Shown piece by piece: positions 1 through 6,383 of a DNA stretch of 20,469 bases. This DNA comes from an uncultured virus (IMG/VR IMGVR_UViG_3300005239_002421). Taxonomy: Duplodnaviria; Heunggongvirae; Uroviricota; Caudoviricetes. Below the pieces are notes generated by a model. That model made no database searches. It was not told the origin of the DNA and saw only the letters and a program-made list of their open reading frames with translations. The position numbers and the translations under genes are program-made. The DNA lies in the IMG/VR virus record IMGVR_UViG_3300005239_002421. One strand, given 5' to 3'. Numbering within the stretch: the stretch's first letter is position 1; each line of letters starts with the position of its first letter.

Positions 1-2340
1 ATAGGCGATTTGTCTTGAAGAACCTCCTATTTTAATTGGGTTATACATATTATCCCCTTGCTCTACAGTAGATATTTTTACTTTACCATCTCTAAATACA
101 CCATATCCTTTTCCAATTCTACCAACAAAACTTTCATCACTAGCAAACAAAATAGGATTATGAACATTTACAATAAGATTTTTATTTGGGTCTTTATCAC
201 CAAATGAAAGAGGCTCAGGTATTGCTTTTTCAAGAATTGCAAATTGATTGTCTATAATTATGTTTCCTTTATTCTCTCCGTAAAATTTTCTTATATTATC
301 TGATAATTCTCCTTGTAGTTTATTAAGTTTTTTATAAACATCTCCCGATACATATTCATAACTGTATGAATACTTTCTATTTGTTACTTGACCTGAACCA
401 ATAGCAATATCAAATTCTTCAATACAAATGTGTCCTTCTTGTAATAGTATTGGAAACAGTTTTTTTGAAAAAACAAAATAATCAATACCTAAAATTCTTT
501 GACATAATTTTCTGAAATAACTAGAATTATCTCTTGAACTTCCTCCTTTTGTAACAAAATAAGCCAACACTTCTTTGATTGTCATATTTTGATTATTCTT
601 CCAAAAAGTTTCTCTTACATCATATATGTAAAAATAATCAGGATTACTCCATTGAAAATTTTCATCTTTGTTTTTATAATACTTGCCCTCAGATGCATCA
701 AGTGACCATTTTGGATTCTTTTTGTTTTGCCAAACTAAATTAAATTTTCCTGACTTATCCTTAATTTGAACTTGTTCAGCATAAGTATAAATGTATGATG
801 TTATACTCTTTAAAAGTAATTTGTAAAAAAGTTCACCATCTTGAATATCAATAAGTTTAGATTGTCTTTGAATTGATTCTTCTAATCCCTCTGATTCTTC
901 TATAACATCCTCAGCTAACAAAACAGGTCTTACATCTTGTTCTTCAAATAATAATGTCTTTTGCTGAATTGATAATGATGGCTTAAAAAGTTCAGCATAA
1001 ATTATGTGTTCAGAGTTAGATAGAAAATCAGAAGAAATTCCTTTGCAATATCCATACTGCTCTGCGTTCTTATTTACAAAATAAGCCTCATTTTTATTTT
1101 CATTAAAATAAATATCTATTACATCTTCTTTGTTATCTCCATAAGTGGCACAAGACAAAGCAAAAAATAAATCGTTTGACCTAACATTAATAAATGATTC
1201 ATTTTGTTTATCAAAATACAATTTAGATGATATTGCATATTGACCTCTTTCTTTTTTAAAGATATTATTAGAAGCATCGTAAAAGTTTCTACTAATACAA
1301 CTAAAAGGCATTACATTTTGCAAAATTTCTTTACCTCTTATTCCTGTAACCTTTGTGTATTTTTCATTAACCGAAAGAGATTCAACTAAATCTGTTTGCT
1401 TTTGTATTTTTTCTAAATCTTTTTCGGTGCAACTAGCTTTATCTGAAATTTGCATTAATGATATATCAGTTGCTTCTTTATTGATTGTGTCTTTAGTAAA
1501 GAAACCTGTAAAATAAGATTGGTCTGTAGATGATTCTAAAGAAAGTGGAGAGCAATTGTAATCGTATTCTTCAGTTAATTGTAAAGATTTAGAAATATAG
1601 GTTTTTGCATTTTTTATGTAGCCTCTTGCTCTTGTTAACTTATAATCTAACTTTATACTATCATTGTCATTATTGACAACTATCTGAAAATATTTTCCTG
1701 TATTTGCAGCAGTAGAATCGGTAAATTTAAGATTTACAGGCGATAAGGCTATTGCCAATTCTTTGATTTCCTGAATTCCAAGTGTTTCACCTGTGTAATC
1801 TATATAATGCTTGTAAGTTCCTGTATTTATGGAGTTTATAATTCCATATGGTAAAGATTCAAAATTTAAATTAGTGTATATTTTGTCATAAGTTGATGGT
1901 CTTTCACCTAAAGTTTGAAATGTAGTATTTAGTACACTATAATTTATAAGGTTGGCAAGAGCATCAACCAAAAATTCATATTGTGCATTGGTATATAACT
2001 TGTCAATTAATTTTCTTACATCAGGGTCTTTATTACCTTCATCTGTTAAAATTCTTGCTTTAAAATATTCCGACTTTTGCTTTCCTTTTAAGTTGGATTC
2101 TATTTTGAGGTCTTTCCAATATTGTGTGTTAATTCCAAAATCTGCTTTTACAAGTCCTTCTGTTGAGAACCTAGTATTTGTATCTACAAAGGGGCTACAA
2201 TTACCATATAAAAATCTTGGGTTTCTTGAAATATACTTAGCTATGACATACATATCTTCGTTTTTCAACAAAGTATTATAATCAACCTCTTTATTTAGAT
2301 TCTCTACTATTTCGCTTATGTAATTTAATATTCTTGCCAT
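1..2340 (-). CDS. Large protein (>=780 aa, runs off window edge), putative DarB-like/SNF2-helicase-associated protein
   Basis: Not in the ORF track because it has no stop in the window. Manual translation gives ATG at 2340 (MARILNYISEIVENLNKEVDY...), open to base 1 (...NPIKIGGSSRQIAY). It starts 2 nt after the stop of 2343..2585. EYVSGDVYKKL (325-357) followed by AILEKAIPEPL resembles the EYLSGNVxxKL...ALEKVQP segment preceding the helicase domain of DarB-like proteins. No helicase motifs are visible in the window. Confidence 0.6.
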   Translation of the reverse strand, partial: MARILNYISEIVENLNKEVDYNTLLKNEDMYVIAKYISRNPRFLYGNCSPFVDTNTRFSTEGLVKADFGINTQYWKDLKIESNLKGKQKSEYFKARILTDEGNKDPDVRKLIDKLYTNAQYEFLVDALANLINYSVLNTTFQTLGERPSTYDKIYTNLNFESLPYGIINSINTGTYKHYIDYTGETLGIQEIKELAIALSPVNLKFTDSTAANTGKYFQIVVNNDNDSIKLDYKLTRARGYIKNAKTYISKSLQLTEEYDYNCSPLSLESSTDQSYFTGFFTKDTINKEATDISLMQISDKASCTEKDLEKIQKQTDLVESLSVNEKYTKVTGIRGKEILQNVMPFSCISRNFYDASNNIFKKERGQYAISSKLYFDKQNESFINVRSNDLFFALSCATYGDNKEDVIDIYFNENKNEAYFVNKNAEQYGYCKGISSDFLSNSEHIIYAELFKPSLSIQQKTLLFEEQDVRPVLLAEDVIEESEGLEESIQRQSKLIDIQDGELFYKLLLKSITSYIYTYAEQVQIKDKSGKFNLVWQNKKNPKWSLDASEGKYYKNKDENFQWSNPDYFYIYDVRETFWKNNQNMTIKEVLAYFVTKGGSSRDNSSYFRKLCQRILGIDYFVFSKKLFPILLQEGHICIEEFDIAIGSGQVTNRKYSYSYEYVSGDVYKKLNKLQGELSDNIRKFYGENKGNIIIDNQFAILEKAIPEPLSFGDKDPNKNLIVNVHNPILFASDESFVGRIGKGYGVFRDGKVKISTVEQGDNMYNPIKIGGSSRQIAY

Positions 2341-2342
2341 AT

Positions 2343-2585
2343 TTAATCGTTCAATGTAACTTCAATAGAAGAAATAGCATCCTCTACTCTATAAACACCC
2401 ATTGGGCTATATATGTTAGTTATAATTGTTTCTATTAATTCTACCTTACTATTGTCATTATCTATCTGCATACATATATTAGGAAATCTATTAGCATCTA
2501 ATCGGCTTAATTTCTCTACTATTTCTGAAACAATAGCTTTCTTTTGCTGAATGTTTTTTATGCTATATAATTTAGGTAAATTCAT
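2343..2585 (-). CDS. Hypothetical protein (80 aa)
   Basis: ORF tightly packed in the operon, with a TAATG stop/start overlap at 2585. Confidence 0.75.
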   Translation of the reverse strand: MNLPKLYSIKNIQQKKAIVSEIVEKLSRLDANRFPNICMQIDNDNSKVELIETIITNIYSPMGVYRVEDAISSIEVTLND

Positions 2586-2854
2586 TATTTTATGTATTCA
2601 AGGTTTAATTCTCCTTTATCATTTAATACCCAATACTTGTTTTCAGGTCCTTTACATAAAGGCAAGGTTTTAGTAAACTTCTTAAAATTTAAGGGCTCTG
2701 TTTTAATAGCATCTAAATCTCTATCTGTTTTACCAATTAATTGTCTTTCTTGATAACCTATAATTTCTAATTCTGAAGCATCACTTGCTTCTAAAAAATC
2801 TATTGAAGTATTTTCAGTTGTATCTATTTTAAAATTTGGTGCTATATAAGCCAT
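2585..2854 (-). CDS. Hypothetical protein (89 aa)
   Basis: ATG-started ORF 11 nt from the upstream stop, overlapping the next start by 1 nt. Confidence 0.75.
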   Translation of the reverse strand: MAYIAPNFKIDTTENTSIDFLEASDASELEIIGYQERQLIGKTDRDLDAIKTEPLNFKKFTKTLPLCKGPENKYWVLNDKGELNLEYIK

Positions 2855-2865
2855 ATCTATTTATT

Positions 2866-3339
2866 TTAATAACATTCGTTTTGTATTTCTTCCATCTTAT
2901 CAATTGAAGAGTATATCGTATCTATTTCCGCTTGACTATTAGCAAAATTTAAGTCATTGTATAATTTTTCAAGCTGCAACTTTACAAATTTGCAATGTGC
3001 ATTTCTAATGTTAACTTTAATTTCATCAGGAACACCTCTTTCATCAAAAGGATGTGAATACCAAATATTTCCTGAAGGGTCAAACTTATCTATTGTATCT
3101 CCTAATGGTAACTCAGGTGTATCTTCTCCATCAGTATTATCTTCTACCGGCTCTTCATTTATGTTAGCTGAATCCGGTGTATTTTGATTTATATTGGCAC
3201 TATCGGGGTTTCCAACAGACCATACAGAAGTATTAGCATCAGGGTCAAAAACCTGACTACTTAAACTTGAATTGCTTGAATATCCGCTTGAAACTGACAA
3301 ACCTCCTCCCGATTGATTAAACCATAAATCTTTTTTCAT
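2866..3339 (-). CDS. Hypothetical protein (157 aa), Ser/acidic low-complexity N-half and helical C-half
   Basis: ORF packed 5 nt after the previous stop. It contains a duplicated PDSANIN. Confidence 0.75.
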   Translation of the reverse strand: MKKDLWFNQSGGGLSVSSGYSSNSSLSSQVFDPDANTSVWSVGNPDSANINQNTPDSANINEEPVEDNTDGEDTPELPLGDTIDKFDPSGNIWYSHPFDERGVPDEIKVNIRNAHCKFVKLQLEKLYNDLNFANSQAEIDTIYSSIDKMEEIQNECY

Positions 3340-3344
3340 ATTAA

Positions 3345-4055
3345 TTATTTTTTAAATACTATTGCCTCATAAGATAAATACTCTAAATCTTTATCTTTAA
3401 ATTGTTTTACTATTTTCATTCCTGCTAATTTTTCCAATTTTTCAAACGGAATATCATTGCTTGGCGAATGAATAACTACTAAGAATCCATTTTCATTTAC
3501 AAAATGTGAACCTCTTTTTATGTAATATTCTAAGGGAGATAATTCTCCAACCTCTCTATTATTATCTATAGATTTATAAAAGGTCATTTCATCATCAGGT
3601 TGTGTTATAACAATATTATATTTTCTTGAGGAATTAGTATTGCATACTGCGAAATACTGCGATATATCTCTTTCAAATGAATTAAACAATCCTTTTTCGT
3701 TTCTTTCTTGACAAACAAATTCTGTTACTCTTTTGCATACATAATCTAAATTATATGCACTTATGGTAGTGTTTTTAGGTGCTGCTTCTAATATTTTACC
3801 TGCACCGCTATTCGTGTGTAATAGGCTAACAGGAGCCGGTAACTGCTTATCACCTTCAACTGAGTAATTTATTATTTGACCTCTAAACCATTCCCAAATA
3901 TCTTTTATAAGTTTATTAGATAATATAAAGTCATTACATTTACTATACCTTTTTAAAAAAGATAATTCTTCTTGAGATGCATAATAACTTTCAGGATATG
4001 ATTTAATTATCCTTTCTATTCTATCATCTATAGTATTTTCTTTTTTAATTTCCAT
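3345..4055 (-). CDS. Degenerate gamma-class N6-adenine DNA methyltransferase-like protein (resembles DarB N-terminal MTase domain)
   Basis: Motifs occur in the order X-I-II-IV-VI but are altered: FILSNKLIKDIW (~FYTP..MW), LHTNSGAGKIL (~LEPSxGxGxF), SAYNLD (~xEID), YNIVITQPDD (~YDLVIGNPPY), EYYIKRGSHFVNENGFLVVI (~YF..gl..L..gG.L), EAIVFKK. Confidence 0.6.
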   Translation of the reverse strand: MEIKKENTIDDRIERIIKSYPESYYASQEELSFLKRYSKCNDFILSNKLIKDIWEWFRGQIINYSVEGDKQLPAPVSLLHTNSGAGKILEAAPKNTTISAYNLDYVCKRVTEFVCQERNEKGLFNSFERDISQYFAVCNTNSSRKYNIVITQPDDEMTFYKSIDNNREVGELSPLEYYIKRGSHFVNENGFLVVIHSPSNDIPFEKLEKLAGMKIVKQFKDKDLEYLSYEAIVFKK

Positions 4056-5102
4056 TTATTTTTCTGATTTAACCATATCTATGTAAACTTCTTTTATGTT
4101 TTCATCGCTTCTAACCCAAGGTGCTCTTTTTTCTAACACTTTTCTACTTCCTTTTGCCGTTACCCATATTTGTTTAGTAGGTCCATATTTCTTATAGTTC
4201 TTAAACTCCATATCATCTATAAACATATCACTAAAAAATATCAAACACATTTCATAGTCAGGGTTTTCTTTTTGTTTTGTTCTTTCAATATCACCAAGTT
4301 TTCTGAATGCTCCCTCAAAATTCGTTCCCCCTCCTCCGTGATAAATAATTCTTTTATCTACATCTTTCAAAGGTTCTTCTGCATTTGGTACACCAAATTT
4401 TGGGTCTTTGTCATAATCACTCATTTTACAATCATCACATACCCACATTTGCCCTGAATACTTTTTTGCTAAATCAGGTATGAACTGCGATAAAAGGTCT
4501 AAAAACGAAACCCCTGCCTCTGTATAGCTTCCCATACTTCCGGATTGGTCAAGCAAAACAATAACTTCTTTGTCATCATCTATTACTTTTGACTTTGCCT
4601 TTCTAAATACTGCTATACCTTGAGAAATATATGTTTGGGCTCCTTCATAATCTATGTTTTTTCTTCCCATTTTAGGTAAGCCTATTAACTCTCCTATACC
4701 TGCTTCTATTTTACTAAACCACTCAGGCTCTCCTCCTTCACTTTCAGGAACTGCCATACTGCCTATTTCTCCACCTTTTCCTTCTCCTATTGCATCCGGA
4801 GGTAGTATATACTCTCCATCGGGAAATTTTATTTTGTTGCTTAAAATCTCAGCTTTTATTTCACTAACATTAAACTCTGCCTCTCTAATATCTTTTAAGT
4901 CTTGAGCAGTTAACTGTTCGTTTTCATTAAAAGCATTTTTTTCAATTGAACCACAAGAATCAGGCATATCTGCCGTAATAGGATTAAGTATCTTATTTTG
5001 GGCTTTTATATCATCTTTTAGCCTACCAACAAGACCTTCAAGATTTTCATTTAATCCTGAAATAATATCATTATATTTTTCTTCTTTTTGCTTGTAATTC
5101 AT
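4056..5102 (-). CDS. vWA-domain protein (DUF2201-type C-terminal vWA), MoxR AAA+ partner
   Basis: MIDAS VIVLLDQSGSM, GGGGTNFEGAF and LIFFSD. The start is placed at 5102 because of the TAATG overlap with the upstream stop; 5108 is the alternative. Confidence 0.8.
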   Translation of the reverse strand: MNYKQKEEKYNDIISGLNENLEGLVGRLKDDIKAQNKILNPITADMPDSCGSIEKNAFNENEQLTAQDLKDIREAEFNVSEIKAEILSNKIKFPDGEYILPPDAIGEGKGGEIGSMAVPESEGGEPEWFSKIEAGIGELIGLPKMGRKNIDYEGAQTYISQGIAVFRKAKSKVIDDDKEVIVLLDQSGSMGSYTEAGVSFLDLLSQFIPDLAKKYSGQMWVCDDCKMSDYDKDPKFGVPNAEEPLKDVDKRIIYHGGGGTNFEGAFRKLGDIERTKQKENPDYEMCLIFFSDMFIDDMEFKNYKKYGPTKQIWVTAKGSRKVLEKRAPWVRSDENIKEVYIDMVKSEK

Positions 5103-5317
5103 TACCATTTATTTTGGGGACAATGTTGTCCTCTTAACGCAGTTTTTGCTTTTAAAATACACCCACAAGTTAGTTGTCTACCACTTCTGTCGTATTCAGG
5201 TCTTAATAAAGTTCCACAAGTAAGTCCAACTCCAAAAGTCTGTTTTGAATAGGGACATCTTGCACAGATATTTAACCTGTCTTGTGCCGTTAATTCTCTA
5301 GGTGTGTTATTCCACAT
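5102..5317 (-). CDS. Small Cys-rich phage protein (DUF6171-like), probable metal binding
   Basis: RLNICARCP...C...CGCILKAKT...CPQNKW pattern with 6 Cys. Confidence 0.7.
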   Translation of the reverse strand: MWNNTPRELTAQDRLNICARCPYSKQTFGVGLTCGTLLRPEYDRSGRQLTCGCILKAKTALRGQHCPQNKW

Positions 5318-5321
5318 ACTA

Positions 5322-6361
5322 TTATTGTTTTAATTCTTCTAACTCTTCTAATGCAACATCTATATACATCATCTCTTCTTGTGTCAACTTATCTTTATGC
5401 TTTAACTTAATACTATTAAAATTGTCTATTGACTTATTAATGTTTTTTGTTAAGTTGATGTCTTTTATTTTTTCCTCTAAATCTTCTTTTCTTTTTGTTT
5501 GTTCTTCTGTCCAATCAGGAATATCATTAGCATCAAAATCTGACTCTTCCTCTTTTTCATTTTCTCCTTTTCCCTCTGCCTCTCCTTCTCCTTCTCCTTC
5601 TCCTTCTCCTTCTTCTTTTCTTCTCCCTCTTCTTCGTTTACTTTGCTATCTCCTTCATTTTCATCTTGTTCCGTGTCTGACTGCGAACCTGAGCCTGAGC
5701 CATCTTCTACATCCTCATCTTCATCCTCACTTAACTCATCTGACCATACACCATCTCCTTGATTATTTCCATCTACTCCTCCGTTTAATAAATCCTCAAG
5801 TATTTCTTCTTTTTCTTTAATTATATCTTCCGGAGTTTTGTTTTCATCTCCTTTTCCATCTCCACCTTCTCCATCTCCGCTTTCGCCATCTCCACTTTCT
5901 CCATCTCCACTTTCTCCATCATCATCATCATCTCCTCCTGAATCTCCTCCTTGACCTTCATCTCCATCATCATCATCTCCGTATTCTCCTTGTTGCCCCT
6001 CTTCTTCAGGTATAGCTGATATTATTTGTGATTTAGTAAATACTCCAAGTAAATCTCCACTTGTCGTTAGTTGCATTCTTGATTCTTTTACTGCATCCAT
6101 TAACGAATTGAATTCTTCTTCACTTATACTTTCTACAACAAAATTTCCTTCTTCATCTATATCTACTATTTTGCCGGGGTCACCATTGTAGGGAGATTCG
6201 TTGGTATTAATTATTACATAATCTCCTATTTCAAAACCTTTTGGCTCTTCTTTATCTTGCTCCTTATCATTTTCTTGCTTTTGTCTTTTATTAGCTTTAT
6301 TAAATTTATTAGCTATAATCCACCACTCAGGAATGTAAGGGTTATTCTCATCGTAAGGCAA
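5322..6361 (-). CDS. KOW-like motif plus acidic Gly/Asp/Glu linker protein; frameshifted near 5620; may be the C-terminus of the AAA+ ATPase
   Basis: FEIGDYVIINTNESPYNGDPGKIVDID is KOW-like and is followed by a long GDGES/EGEG tract. Adding one A near 5620 continues the frame as EGEGEGEAEGKGENEKEEESDFDANDIPDW...ELEELKQ to TAA at 5322, 4 nt before the next ATG. The TTG start at 6361 is doubtful. Confidence 0.65.
5581..5610. repeat. (TCTCCT)x5 coding microsatellite (Glu-Gly repeat on minus strand)
   Basis: Read directly from the sequence. Confidence 0.85.
5856..5920. repeat. 15-nt coding tandem repeat x4 (encodes DGESG/DGEGG)
   Basis: ccatctccaccttct, ccatctccgctttcg, ccatctccactttct x2. Confidence 0.85.
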
Positions 6362-6383
6362 ATCAATCTTACCAAATTGTTCT

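Noticed and set aside
3155..3210. Duplicated PDSANIN peptide
   Set aside because: It is a short low-complexity duplication with diverged codons and no evident function.
1952..5820. Plus-strand ORFs 1952..2281, 2957..3187, 4170..4457, 4654..4905, 5302..5820
   Set aside because: They are antisense shadows of well-supported minus-strand genes, with Ser/Phe/Leu-rich composition and no motifs.
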